Assembly: GCF_009914755.1 (NCBI RefSeq)
Contig: NC_060926.1
DNA: 64,000 nt
Source of the DNA: the human T2T-CHM13v2.0 reference genome, Homo sapiens
Strand: one strand, 5' to 3'
A program made the position numbers and the translations under genes. A model generated the notes under the pieces. The model was not told where the DNA came from and did not search any database. It saw nothing but the letters and a program-made list of their open reading frames with translations. Each line of letters begins with the position of its first letter. Within the stretch, counting starts at the first letter, position 1. Of the stretch, positions 1 through 15,554 are shown piece after piece.

Positions 1-562
1 AAGCTGCCTTTTAAACCTCTGTGCCTCTATCAATTAGACAGTGCCTGGTGTAGAAGAGGCATTAAATAACTGTTGAATTTATTTACTGCATAGATGGGTA
101 ACTTTTAAGAATTCAGACACACATTTTAACTGCTATCTTACTTTAAAAAAACCTTATAGCTAAAAAGTTAAGATTTCTAAGTTGTATGAATAATTCCAGC
201 TGTTTTTAGTGACCAACCCATCTTAGAGATGTACCAAAGCAAGTTTTATAAGAAATAAACAGATCAGTTTTAGAAATAAAGTGCTAAAACATGTATCTGC
301 CTTCAGTGGCAATACATGTGGTTTTCTCTAACATACAAGATCAGCAATGTAGCTTGATATAAAAAAATTATGTTGATGCTTCCCATTAGGACAACTATTA
401 ACTAAATAATGAGCAAGGAAGCAATGGAAAAAGGTGAAATGCATATTGTAAAATATATCTACCAGCCTAATACAATTTTCTACCTTAAATATTAAAATAT
501 AATATTAAAGGCAACTTAATCATTCTTGAATTTAAATTAAGTTTTAAAAGAACTTTACTTAC

Positions 563-621
563 TTGTTTGCACCTAAAAAGTAACCACCTTGGTGTCCTTG
601 TCCATATTCCAGTTGCAGATC
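563..621 (-). CDS. MAP4K3: MAP4K3 exon ~16 (59 nt): DLQLEYGQGHQGGYFLGAN(K)
   Basis: acceptor tactattag, donor CAA|gtaagt. Confidence 0.95.
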
Positions 622-2493
622 CTAATAGTACAAAATAAAATATTTAGCACAATAGTAGTATATGACACACCATGATACATTAATATATATAATACATATT
701 ATTTTTAAAAGATAAGTCCCAGACCCCCAAATAAATCTGTATTGCTATACATTCTTAAAAAGAAGGATTTCACGAGTTCATAGTCCTGATTTAAGTATTT
801 TATTATTTGAGTGTTTTTCTTGGAATTTTTCTGAATAATATATGCAAAGTTTCATTTTTGGTTACTGTTACTTTAATTAACTTTTGTAAAAATCAGTTTT
901 TAGAAAGAAAAAAGCTCAAATAAGGTGTTTATTCTCCAGTTATAATGAAGCAAAAACGTTCAGAGAAGTGAATATGTGACAAAAATCTTGGTTTACTTTG
1001 TATATAGTATCTAAAATAATTACGTATATAAACACTTTCACATATTTCTACTGCTGTTTCACGCAGGTAACAATTTTTTAAAGATATAAAATTGGGTGCT
1101 ATTTTAAAAGTAAATTACGTATATGAACTTGTACAATATTATAAATTGTACTGAAGGACTTTTAATAATTTTTTAAGCAAAACTTCAAATGAGTATTAAG
1201 GCAGTTCCTCAACTGTTTAAACACCTTCCGACTTAATGCTGTGGGTTATAGAGTGTTAAGAATTAACATTTAAAAGGATGAACAGTACACATGCTCAACT
1301 CAAATGCCTTCTTGAGAAAAAGAAATGTGCTTTCCAACAACCATGAAAAGAATGAAGTAAAGCTGCCTTTTGTCCTCTTCTTAAAGAGCCACTGTAATCT
1401 AGGCACTGTTTTAACCATTAAGGGGGAATATTTGACATTTAAAAAATGAATCTTATTTACATTAGAATATAGCATATTTAAAGTGCTTTTTATTTTTACA
1501 AGATATTCTCAGATTCATGATCAGGGCTTAACACAAAAGCTACCTTGGAGCAGCCGCCTTCCAAGATTGCCAGGGAAAATTATCTGCAGCTTTCTCTAAG
1601 TTTCCATAGCATTTAACACACAGAGCTGCTCTAGCACTTACACTGCATTTTAATCTATTTACATGTTTGTAAAAGCGAGCTCCTTAAACAATGGGAAATA
1701 ATCAAATCTATCTTCTTTCCTTACAGCCTACGGTCTAGCATTGTTCCTGGCACAAACTGACTGCACCATAAATAAATGCTTGTTCAAATGCCAACTGTTT
1801 ATTTTCCCATAAATAAAACTTCAGCCTCGTTAAGATACACAAAGCTAATTCTAAATGACACTAAAAACTAAGCCTCAAAATATAAGGATTTTAAGCAATA
1901 CATTACATTTAAGAGAGAAGCACTTTAAAATTTAAATATTCCAAGACCTGTCAAAAAAATCTGATGAAAATTAAAATCAAAATCCTGGTTTAGACAAGAC
2001 TCAAATTTTGTCTTCTTCAATATTTGTGTTATTCCATGCATAATAAAGTGTTCTTATCAGTGTGAGAAAAGATAACACATCATAAAAAAGACTAGTTGAC
2101 TGTCACACTGGTATCACACAAAATTCCAATGAAAAAGGACATCTGTACTCTTTAATTTGTAATGATATATCTTAATAAGATAAAATCATTGTTATTACAA
2201 AACTGCACAGTTTAAGTGGTCATGACTTTACCACTGAATCCTTAAACTGTAGTATTCAGTAAAGAGAAGTACTAAATTAAATAAACACAAAATTTGTTTT
2301 CTTCAGCTATAGATAACTGGGCCCTCTATCAGACCAGCTATATCTTTAGCCAATACAATCTCTTAAGCCTTTAATCAAATGACAGCTTCCAAAAGCACAC
2401 ATTCGTGTGGAATGGCCATGGCTCTTCTGTTATACAAACACAGATGTGTCATAAAAATACTCAGCTCATCTGATATAAGACAAGTAAAAGGCT

Positions 2494-2561
2494 GGTAATA
2501 ATGATTAAAAATAAAGGAAATAGGCCGGGCGCGGTAATAATGATTAAAAATAAAGGAAATA

Positions 2562-2571
<10 letters not shown>
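2494..2571. repeat. Perfect 2 x 39-bp tandem duplication across an Alu 5' junction
   Basis: ggtaataatgattaaaaataaaggaaataggccgggcgc at 2494-2532 and 2533-2571. Confidence 0.95.
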
Positions 2572-2870
<299 letters not shown>

Positions 2871-4350
2871 AAAATAAAGAAAATAAACTGAGTTCAGCAG
2901 TATATTTAGAAAGGTAAGAAAAGTATCTAAAATAACTAAAGTAATATATTAATAGAAAATTGAGCATAGGCTCATATAGAGAATAACATTCAGGCCAGGA
3001 AAGAAGTTGTAGATACATCCAAGTCCGACGATTAAATGGGTCATGTCCCAAGTCTTACCAGGAAAGGTGAAATTCAAAGGGGCTCATTCTTTAACAATTT
3101 CTTCTCCTTAAATTATGTTATAGCAACCATGGAACAAAACAATGTGCTAGGAATACCATAAGTAAAATATTACTTTAAATCCTTCTAAAAAGTTTCTAAT
3201 CTCATTTAATACAACCATTGTTTACCAAGCACCTATTATCTGACAGGAATTCATACAGAAAATCGGATAGGGAAAATGACAAGAAATAAAAAGGAAAGGA
3301 ACAAAATTGAAACCAGGGCAAAGTTAGTAGTTCATTATATGTCGTTGGGGCAGTCTAAGAAAGACTGATATAAAATGCTTTTCAAAAAGGATTTGGAAGT
3401 TATTCCATATCAGAAAAATGCTACCAAAATAATGCTTGGAAAGGCGCTCAAACTATCCCAAGATGATGGTATCTTATGGCCATTCTTTACAAGCTAAACA
3501 AGAAACACTTGAGTATGCCAGCATAAAAAAAGTTAGTAGCACTAATCAGGCATCGACTTGTTAATGAATGACAGTGTTTACACAGTAGAGTCAAATAAGT
3601 AACAGGAGCTGAAAACATGCAATAACCTAGTATAGATTAAAAGTTCAAGATCGTTATCCTAGCCCAATTAAAATATCTTTTTGGGTTGCAAAGTCCTAAT
3701 TTCAGCAGTTCATTTTAGCGAATGGGAGACTATTTCTAAATTTCAGATGGAATTTCTAAGAACACAAAGTGTGAGAAAGAACTGAAAATGAACAAAGGAT
3801 GTAACATGGAGCACTGGAAAAGGAAAAGCATATGACCAAAAACATCTTATTGTAGTTTTAAAAAAAATCCCCTTGGGAGATTTAAGTCTATACCTGATGA
3901 GAAAGCAGCAGGAAGTCAATAGAATTGATACAGTTCACTACAAAAACACAAAAGAAAAAAATACTTGAGCAATATATCTTGACCAAGAAAGAGAACAGGA
4001 GAAATATTTTCCCATCAAAAATGAGAAAATTATGGCACAAATAAGGTTGTTAGTGAGACACTTTTTAACGCAGTAGATGATTTATAGAAATAGAGAGGTG
4101 TTGAATCCAGGATAATTCAAATATTTTTTATTTCTTAAAAAGTCAGAAAAGCAAGTAGAGTCAGAATATTAACTGATCAAGTTAGGTTTCTGACTAATAA
4201 AAGCAGATTAAGGAGCCTGAAAATGGAATAATATGACTTTTGTACTGCAGGCTCGGAAATGAATATTGGCAGGTGAGGCATACTATATACTTCTTCAGAG
4301 CAATGATTATGTTACTATTTATTTATGCCCCTACATAGTCATTAACATAG

Positions 4351-4660
<310 letters not shown>

Positions 4661-5324
4661 TAGTCTTTTATACAGAATTAACTTTCAATTTTTTGTTTTT
4701 AATTGGTACATGGGCTTAAATAGCCAGTAAAACTATGCAAATTAGAAAAAAATAGCATCAGTTAAGACGGATGTGTAATATAATCTTTTAATCTGCAGAT
4801 AGCATTTTGCAGATCAGACAAACTGATTTTTATGGTTATGGGCAAAACTCTTTTAATTAACTTACAGTGAGTTTTTGTTTTAAACTCAGGCATCTTTCAA
4901 AAATTCTCATACTGTCAATTCTAAAAAATCAAGCCCTATTCTTCTGGCTTCATATATTAATTATCTGATTTTTTTTTTTTTTTGAGAGAGCACTTTTGGA
5001 TAGCACAAAAGTTTAAATACAACATTCTAAATTCACTTACAAAATCACAAAATAAAAACAGTTGGCATTTAAAACAACCAGAAATCACGGGTAATATGGA
5101 ATGTTTATGTAGCAAGGTCTTTAAAGGGGTAAATGTTTCTTCTGGTCCCAAAGGGATTTAGGGTTTTTACCTTGGTGCCAACTGCCAGCTAAGATGAGGG
5201 CCAGACATTCTGGATTCCTCAGGCTTTTAGTGGCCAGCCACAAGCATTTGTAAGAGATGAAATCTTGTTCACAGTGCCAAGATTTTAGAATTGATAAAAT
5301 TAGAACACAGAAATAACTATGGCT

Positions 5325-6070
5325 ACTTTATACCCATTAGGATAGCTATTATCGAAAGTCAAAAACAAAACAAAACAGAGGATAATAACAAATGCTGATG
5401 AGGATGTGGAGAAAGTAGAAGTCATGTGCATCGCTGGTGGGAATGTAAAATGTTGCAGCTGCTGTGGAAAATAGTATGGCAGTTTCTCAAAAAATTAAAG
5501 ATAGAACTACAAGTCCATTTCTAGTTACATATCAAAAGAATCGAAAGCAGGGACTCAAACAGATATTTGTATATCCATGTTTATAGCAGCATTATTCACA
5601 ATAGCCAAAAGGTAGAAGCAACTCACTGTCCATCAATGGATGAATGTATAAACAAAATGTGGTATTTACATGCAATGGAGTATTATTCAGCCTTAAAAAG
5701 GAAATTCTGACACACGCTGCAACACGGAGGAACCCTGAAGGTATTACGAAATTATGCTTAGTAGTGAGCCAGCCACAAAAGAACAAATATGCTATGATTC
5801 CATTTATACAAGATAACTAGAGAAGTCAAATTCATAGTCAGAAAACAGAGTGTTCGCTGCCAGGGGCTGGAGGGAAAAAGGAATGGGGAGTTATTGTTTA
5901 ATGAGTATAGAGTTTTAGTTTGGGAAGATGAAATCATTCTGAAGATGGAGACTGGTGGCAGCTGCGTAACAATGTGAATGTACATAATGCCACTGGACTG
6001 TAGACATAAACATTAAAACGGTAAATTTCGTAATGTATATTTTACCACAGTAAAAAAAACAAAAACAAAA
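5325..6070 (+). mobile_element. L1M (L1MB-like) 3' end
   Basis: ORF2 C-terminal remnant (gaggatgtggagaaa...ggtgggaatgtaaaat) plus L1M 3'UTR and A-rich tail. Confidence 0.85.
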
Positions 6071-6154
6071 CATAACCATGGGACATATATATTTACTTTA
6101 AAAAGGTGGGGGGCCCAGTATTACTTTAAAAATATATACTGATGATGTTGGGTA

Positions 6155-6370
6155 GAGGCAACACAGTACAGTGGTTTAGTTTTGAATTCCTGAGCTAGGC
6201 TGCTTAGGAATCCCAGCTCTGCTATTCTTAGCTAAAGACTAACGAATTTCAGCTTCTTTGCACTTTAAATCACCTCATTTGTAAAACAAGAATAATAAGT
6301 TAATATATTTAAAGTGCTTAGAATAATCCCTGGTATATAAAAACCTCTAGATAAATGTTAGCTTTTGTTA
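6155..6370 (+). mobile_element. MIR
   Basis: aatcccagctctgc...cctcatttgtaaaac...aaagtgcttagaa core. Confidence 0.7.
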
Positions 6371-6649
6371 CCATTGGGAGTGAGCTTTAAGGTTGATTTT
6401 ATAAGTTGTATACTCTGACAAATATTTCATTCATCCCTCTTCTGCCCGAACTAACCTAATAGTCCCTAAATCCCTCCATTGTCACAAGACCCCTGTCAAA
6501 TGCTCCCCTGTACCACAGGAAACTCCTGATTATAGGGCAGGGAGCAGGGATGAAGGTGGGAGCAGTTACAGGGAACAAAGCCACAATATGGTAACTTATT
6601 CAAGTTACTAGGCTAGTTCCACATGTGGCACAGAAAAGAGTATTTGTAA

Positions 6650-6946
6650 TTTTTTTTTTTTTTTTTAAAGATGGAGTCTCGCTCTGTTGCCAGGCTGGAG
6701 TGCAATGGCACAATCTTGGCTCACTGCAACCTCCGCCTCCCAGGTTCAAGGATTCTCCTGCCTCAGCCTCCTGAGTAGCTGGAACTACAGGCACATGCCA
6801 CCATGCCTAGCTAATTTTTTGTATTTTTAGTAGAGACAGGGTTTCACCATGTTGGCCAGGATGGTCTCGATCTCCTGACCTCATGATCTGCCCGCCTTGG
6901 CCTCCCAAACTGCTGGGATTACAGGCATGAGCCACCGTGCCCGGCT
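6650..6946 (-). mobile_element. Alu (AluS)
   Basis: reverse Alu; TSD gagtatttgtaattt. Confidence 0.95.
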
Positions 6947-8761
6947 GAGTATTTGTAATTTTAAAGTATTATGTTTCCAGTTTTGTTGTTATCTTTTCTA
7001 CATGGAGGATATTAATAAATACTAGAGTCAATTTAAAAATTTGATTGTGTTGTCTTTATTTCTGCAATAAATTTCACTAATTGTCATTCTAGCCTACGTG
7101 TGTAATTCTGAAAACATTTTCAATCCAGCAAGCACCGACTGTGTTTTCTTCAGACATTCTATCTCACTTGGCCCCTATGGGTTAATTCCCAATCCTCACA
7201 CATTCTGTCTCTTTATGCCATTGAACACATTCCCTCTTTATTTTGAGACAGTGCATTTACTGGCTCTCCTAGCTTTTCAACTGCTTCTTCCCTACTTCCA
7301 ATGTTGGTTCTACCTGAATGTTAAACATAGGCATCATCCACTGAGGTAACCAGTTTTTTGCACTGTTTCTTCAGATTTAACAATGGGGAACACATGCAAT
7401 TTCATGGCTTCATCTATCACTTCCTCTTTGATAATTTAAATCTACTTTTTTTTAAAGGAATCCGAGATTAGTATGATAATTTCAAAATCTCAGCTCTCTG
7501 CCTGACATCTCTCAAACCTGTGGTCTGTGCTGGCAACTGTTTCCAATTGCTGTGAAACAGAGCCAGCATCTGGTCCCTTTTCTTCCTGAAGAATCTACAA
7601 TGTTCCTACACAATACTGACATTAGTCTTAGTCCCTCCCAGAAGCCAGATAAGCCACATGGGCCCCAGAGCTCTTCTCCTTCTCTCATCTCTACAGTACC
7701 TATTGTATGTTAGCTTCCCTCATCAACACTTGCCACCTGGCAAAATGTTGGCAAGCCATTATGTATTTTGTTGCATGGGTAAGAGTTTGTATGTGTAAGT
7801 ATATTCTGTCCAATAGGACAGCAACCTCCCTAAAGAAGGGAAATTATGTCTAAAATCTCTTTTATATTTTACAAATGTCAGAGGTCCTAGATTAAAAAAT
7901 TTATATAAAGAATCATTTAAGCCAATCAAAATTGAAAGATGTATGTTACTAAGGTAAAGAGGAAGGAAAGATAAGGAAAATTCCATTTAAAAGTCAGAAA
8001 AGTAGAATCTGGGAGTAAATATGGGGGTAACTTGGGGCTCTCGCCAACCACAGTAGCAGAAAGAACTATTTACTTAATAACAACTATTAAAAGTATTATT
8101 TATTTAACATTTAATAGCATCAATTTCTCATTTTTTCTTATGTAATGGTAAGACAGTATTTATAACTTCAGGAATGCTTTATAATCTAAATTTTGTCCTA
8201 AGGAAACCAGACATGATAGTAATGCTGAAAAATTAAAACTTCATCTGAGAATGATTTCATTGTTAATGTAGGAATAAATTATCTTTAAAAATTATATATG
8301 TACCATATATTATCTGAATAATATATGTACCATGATATATGAATATTATATATGTAATGCATATGAATATATGTACCATATAACATATGAATTGTTTATA
8401 TATATACATGTGGATGGGTGGTTTCTAGTTCATTAAAACAAGTTACATCATTAAACTGGACATTTTTACAGGGAAATGCCATTTCTTAAAAAAAAAACCC
8501 TAATATATGAATGAGAAAATTAAATATTAACATTTTTCATAAAAAATACAAGCATGTTTATTACTACAGCATTATATTTGAGTAGATATATATATGTAAC
8601 TTGTTATGGGAAAAAACTGCTACAATTCTTAATATATAGAAGTTTGCTAAATGATAGCAACTTATAAAACAATGCTTTAATTGGACAAAATGTTTGATCT
8701 TAAAAGAAAACAATTAAGACTAAAACAATGCTGACAAAGAAAATCAGAAGATGAGAAATAC

Positions 8762-8824
8762 CAGATTAGATCTTGCAGTGTAGTATATTTCTTCTGAACT
8801 GTCCAAAAAACCATCACTGTCGGG
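8762..8824 (-). CDS. MAP4K3: MAP4K3 exon ~15 (63 nt, symmetric, probable cassette): PDSDGFLDSSEEIYYTARSNL
   Basis: weak acceptor tctctgctaaacag, weak donor CTG|gtattt; phase 0/0. Confidence 0.93.
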
Positions 8825-9943
8825 CTGTTTAGCAGAGACCAAGAAACCCAAGTTATTTACGCTTAGACTAAAAGCCACAAATTCACAAAGGGAAACTTTC
8901 ACAAATGAAGTAAGTCCTGCTAATATAATTTTATTAAGGCAAATGGAGAGTCAAACTGTATTAGGCAGCTTCTAAAAAAGCAACATTGCAACAACTTTGC
9001 TCTAAAATGCAGTTACTAAATTAGTACAGAATTTAAATACAGGCAATGCCAACTTACAAAGGGAAACAAAAAATAAACTCAAACTGCCTTAACAAAACAC
9101 AATTAGCATTTATAAATATCATGACTACTTTTTCTTAATTTTCTCCACCCCTCTTCATAAATGTCAGGCTTTGGTATTACAATATGATCATTTTAAGACT
9201 TTTTCTTTAACATCCTATTCCTCCACACTGGTACACTGAATTAGAGTAACTATAAGGTAAAGGCTAATGACACCCTTTGTATGCTTCAGTCAAGTGAGTT
9301 AAAATAAGCATTAAACTGAAGAAGAAAGCTCCTACTTCAATCCTTAGTACTTATTAACAGTTATTTTCTTCTCATTATTAAATAGCAAATAAAAAAATGA
9401 AACAGACATCATATGGAACTCTGGCAAAATAATTTCTTTAGAATTTTGTATTTTCCAATGTCTCATTTTTTTATTGTTCTATAGAATATTAACATCTCAA
9501 ATAGATGCAAAGTATTTTGCTTTTATGACTGAATCTAATATATTATCATTTATCTGGAAAGGAGTATATAAAACAACAACAAAAGAATCATGCAAAGTAT
9601 ATTCATAAAGTTATAGCAAGCCTTAAATGAATGACAAACTTCATTTACTATGTATGCCTCATCTCCCTAATTTTCAATACTCTATACAGATATGACTCTA
9701 CTCTAATGTTTGGAAACCATGGCATTTATCATAAAAATAACACATTTTAAAAAGCCCCTCAAAAAGAGAAAAAATAAAAAATAAAAAAAATTTAAAAGTC
9801 AGCATTAAAAACATTTAATCACAGAATGGTAAAACAATTAAGTTTCTCTTAAAATAATTTTGAAAATATTCAGCAACACAGATTTATTTATTATGAATTT
9901 GAGAATTACTTACCTTTTTGTTTCCCACGATTTTAAAAAAAAT

Positions 9944-10160
9944 TTTATTTTATGTTTTTAAAGACAAGGTCTCACACTTTCACCCAGGCTACAGTACAGT
10001 AGTGCTATCATAGCTCACTGCAACCTTGAATTCCTGGGCTCAAGGGATCCTCCTGCCGTAGCCACCCCAGTAGCTAGGACTACAAGTACACACTGCCACG
10101 TCAACTAAGTTTTAACATTTTTTTGTAGAGACAGGGTCTTACTATGTTGACCAGGCTGGG
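9944..10160 (-). mobile_element. AluJ-type partial
   Basis: diverged right arm plus part of left arm. Confidence 0.85.
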
Positions 10161-10279
10161 ACCTCGAATGTTTTTGAAAATATTAATGACTAGCTTTTTT
10201 GGTCAGTACTAATACATCACACAAAAACAAATTAAAACATTTATTTTCAGTGCTAACATTCTAAGGCTATACTACTTAC

Positions 10280-10678
<399 letters not shown>

Positions 10679-10794
10679 AAAACCAGGATGTTTTTATATT
10701 CTTAATGATATAATAATTTAAAAAGTTATTCCATGGTGAAAGACATTTAATGCTACCATCAACCACACACTGATCTCCAAAGATCTTTGTTTTC

Positions 10795-11735
10795 AATTTT
10801 TAAAACTGACACTAATAATTGTAAATATTCATGGTGGTATATGCGATATTTTGATACACGTGTACAATGTGTAATGAACAAAACAGGGTAATTAGGATAT
10901 CTATCACATCAAACATTTACCATTTCTTTGTGTTGGGAACATTCCAAATCTTCTATTTTGAAATATACAATAAATGATTGTTAATTTCCCTACTCTGCTA
11001 CTGAACACTAGAATGTATTCCTTCTATTTAACTTTATTTTTGTACCTATGAAACAACCTCATTTCATCCACCTATCTCTTACCCTTTCCTGCCTCTGGTA
11101 ACCATCATTCTACTCTACCTCCATGAGATCAACTTTTTTAGCTACCACATATGAATGAGGACATGAGACATTTGTCTTTCCATGCCTAGTCACTTAACAT
11201 TAATGTCCTCCAGTTCCATCCATGTTGTTGCAAATGACAGGATTTCATTTTTTTTATGACTGAATAATATTCTGTTGTGTATATATAGTACATTTCTTTT
11301 ATTTATTCACCCATTGATACACATATAGGTTGATTCTTTATCCTGGGTATTGTGATAATGCTGCAATAAACTTGGGAGTGTAGATATCTCTTAGATATAC
11401 TGATATCCTTTCTTTTGGATGCATAATCCAGTAGTTCTGAATCATATGGTAGTTCTATTTTTAGTTCTTGAGGAACCTCCATACTGTTTACCATAGTGGC
11501 TGTACTAATTTACATTTCCATCAATAGTATGTAAGAATTCCCTTTTCTCTGCATTTTCACCAGCATGTGTTATTTTTTGGCTTTTTAACAACAGCCATTT
11601 AAACTAGGGTGAAATGATATCTCATTGGGGTTTTTCTTTTTTGATTTGCATTTTCTTTACAATTAGTGATGCTGAACTAATTGTAATATTACAATTAGTG
11701 ATATTTTCATGTATCTGATGGCCATTTGTATGTCA
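10795..11735 (-). mobile_element. L1MA-type 3' end
   Basis: reverse L1 3'UTR/ORF2 end; ORF 11303-11494 resembles ORF2p C-terminus (NSMEVPQELKIELPYD). Confidence 0.88.
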
Positions 11736-11896
11736 GCTGGAAAAAGCCCAATAAAGTCTTAACCGCTAAAGCTTAATTTGTTAATTCTAGGCCATTTCCA
11801 CAGTAAGAAAAGAAGATGATTAACAAAATTATATGTGTGTACAATCAAGTTCTAACTTGCTACTTTGTTGTGACCAAGAATAAAACAGAGACAATC

Positions 11897-12199
<303 letters not shown>

Positions 12200-12255
12200 G
12201 AGACCATCTTAATTCAGTATTTAGGTGGGTAGACAGCTGCTGATACAGGGTACTT

Positions 12256-12960
12256 GTGGAAGCCAGCCTGTAAGATGGCCCCCAGTGACTCCTGCCTCTT
12301 GGTATTCAAAATGCTTCCACATTGGATCAGCGTTGGCTGATGTGACCAAAAGACCAGAGCAGAAGTTAACTGTATATGAGTTCCAAGATAAAGCTTCTGT
12401 CTTGGGCTCTCTCTGTTGGATCACTTGCTCTGGAGGAAGTCACATTGTGAGCAGCCCTAAAGAGAGGCCTCCTGGCAAGGAAGTGAAGCCTCTGGCCAAT
12501 AGTTACGTGAATGAGCTTGGAAGTAAATCTTCCAGTCCAGTCAAACATTCAGATGACTCCAGCCCTAGCTGATATCCTGTGTGCAACTTTATGAGACCTT
12601 GAGCCAGAATCACTCAGCTAACCTGTCCTGGATTCCTGACTCTCAAAATCTGTTAGAGACAATAAATGTTTATTGTTTAATATGAGCAGATATACAGAAA
12701 GTGAGAGAATTCAATACCTTCAGACTTAAAGAAATACTAAAAGGAATTATTTAATCAAAAGAGATCCATAAGTAGTGGTACAGAAATACAGTATTGAATG
12801 AAGAGCAAAAAATTGGTAAATATACAAATACAAATTAATATTGACCATGGTTAATGACAATAATATTGTCTTATAAGATTTAAAATAAAAATATGGGAGT
12901 TGATTTAAAAAATGTTTACTGTTTTAAGCTGCTAAATTTTGGGTTTGCTACACAACCAAA
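12256..12960 (+). mobile_element. MLT1-type MaLR LTR interrupted by about 230 bp of L1-like sequence
   Basis: aagatggccccca start, ccagccccagtc-like core, aataaatgttt...ttttaagctgctaaattttgg end. Confidence 0.7.
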
Positions 12961-14027
12961 AACAACCACTGCAGCTAAAGTATAAACTAGCCAGAGTAGA
13001 CACAGATTAACTGTACTACATTCATCTTTTCTTTTTCTTTGCTTTCTAATGTATTGAATGTTTCAGTATCTTTACCTTTTATTTCCACAGCTCATTATCA
13101 TTTTCTGATCTTATAACCTGGGTAAAACCCTCAAGTCCACTGAGATACAAGCAGAGGAAAAAATACAAAACAATAAAAAGAAAACAGCCACAATATATTA
13201 CATTTCAACTAGTAAGAGCTTCAGCCAAAACCAAAACTTCTCAACCAAGCTGAGGAAAACAGTGAGATTTCAAAGCATAATCACTTTTCTAACGGTTTGA
13301 TTTCAACTTTGTATGTAAATTTATTGTGAATGTTAATACCAATGAAAGAAGACCATGGGATTTGAATATTTAGCAATAGGAGGCATAAGGAAAAAAACAG
13401 TTGAGAAACACAGCCCTGTAATATCTCCAGTTATGTCTGGGTGTGTATATGCTTTTAAGCTGTTAATGGCTCAGATATCAAATGGCCCTTAGATCTGATA
13501 AGTAGGTTAAGAATGAGTCCATCCTAACTGTTCACAATTGATCACACATCAAAGATTACAAAATAACTTTTAGTAAGGTATCAAAACTAACATATACCTC
13601 ATCTTGATAAAGGCCTATTGAACAGCTTTCACCTATACTTGTCTTCAAATTCCAAAATGCGGTCTGTAATAAAATTACATGAGGACAGTCTTGTGCATCT
13701 ATCTGCCTTGTGTTATTGCCACCTGTGAACATGCCCATTTCTCCCACCAGATTGTACAACCCCTGAGTGCAAGGATGCTGTCTTACTAAAAGCCGTGACT
13801 ATAGCAGGTATTCAGTATCACTGTACCTGAACTCTGTGGATGGAGAATGCATTTCCAGAAAGGGAGCAAAGTCCCTATGGAGATTCAAACCTTACACTGG
13901 TATCACTCTTCTGCTCTCTTCAAATTCCCTAAAGTTATGACAAGCCTCTGCCACAGAATCTTCCAGTTACTCTTCAAATAACTGTTGGTCAATCATCCCA
14001 GTCTGCGGCACTGTTTATGATGCTCTT

Positions 14028-14254
14028 TTTTATTTTTACTTTTTGAACTTTTATTTTAGGTTCAGGGTACATATGCAGATTTGTTGTATAGGTAAACTTG
14101 CATCGCGGGGGTTTATTGTACAGATTATTTCGTCACCCAGGTACTAAGCCTAGTACCCAATAGTTACTTTTTCTGATCTTCTCCCTCCTCCTAACTCTTC
14201 ACCCTCAAGCAGGCCCCAGTGTCTGTTGTTTCCCTTTGTGTCCATGAATTCTCA
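14028..14254 (-). mobile_element. 5'-truncated L1PA/L1PB 3' end
   Basis: ggtacatatgcagatttg...cacccaggtactaagcctagtaccc; TSD tatgatgYtctt. Confidence 0.85.
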
Positions 14255-14264
14255 TATGATGTTC

Positions 14265-14630
14265 TTCTTTCTTTCCTTCTTTCCTTCCTTCCTTTCTTTT
14301 TCTTTTCTTTTCTTTCTTCTTTCTCTCTCTCTTCTCTCTCTCTCTTTCTTTCAATTGAGACACTGTCGCCAAGGCTGCAGTGCAGTAGCAGGATCTCAGC
14401 TCACTGCAGCCCTCTGCCTCCCAGGTTTCAGCGAGTTTCCTGCCTCAGCCTCCCCAGTAGCTGGGACTACAGGCACACACCAACAGGCCCGGCTAATTTT
14501 TGTATTTTTAGCAGACACAGGATTTCACTATGTTGGTCAGGCTGGTCTCCAGCTCCTGACCTCAAGTGATCCACCCGCCTCGGCCTCCCAAAAGTACTGG
14601 GATTATAGGTGTGAGTCACTGTGCCCAGCC
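14265..14630 (-). mobile_element. Alu with CT-rich degenerate tail
   Basis: reverse Alu preceded by (CTTT/CT)n. Confidence 0.92.
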
Positions 14631-14828
14631 TAGACATCTAGTTTGAAATAGCATACACATGCATATGCACTTAGAAGTTGAGAATCACTGATATGTTACC
14701 ACAGAGTGATTCAGAAATACTATGCTATAAAGGGACTGACAATGTAATTTTTTAATAAAATGAGATAACAAGAAAGAGAGTACTTTAAATTACATTTTCA
14801 ACAGTACTGAATATATAAAGTTTTCTAA

Positions 14829-15174
<346 letters not shown>

Positions 15175-15554
15175 TGATAAAGATATTTCATAATTATTTT
15201 TTGTATATTAAAATATGAGAAATGCTCTCACATGCTAAGGATGCCATTTTCGGAAAAATAGTTTTGTGGTGAAATTAGCAAATTTAAAACGTGACTTCAG
15301 CAGGAGCTTTAAAGATAATTTTATATGATCACACAACTAACTGCTGGCAAGCAAAGTACCAAATCCCACTCCTGAGCTTTTTATATAACCCACCATACTT
15401 TCCAGGTATCACTAGAACAAAACTCAGAGAATAAATGCTTCTAAGGAATAAAAAAGTTAAGGCACTATTGTTCGAGGGATTCTTGTTGGCAGTTTATCAC
15501 TGATGAGTTGACAGTATTGGATCCCATGTGAATGAATGGCTTGTCTTAGTGGGC

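Noticed and set aside
2890-4310. Purine-skewed 1.4-kb stretch that looked like a processed pseudogene
   Set aside because: No recognisable protein, poly(A) or TSD; probably an ancient LINE remnant. BLASTX/Dfam would be needed
8280-8410. Recurring atatatgtacca motifs
   Set aside because: Degenerate (TA)-rich low-complexity sequence, not a regular array
9908-9916. Perfect AAG|gtaagt donor 366 nt downstream of exon 14
   Set aside because: No convincing paired acceptor; isolated consensus donors are common
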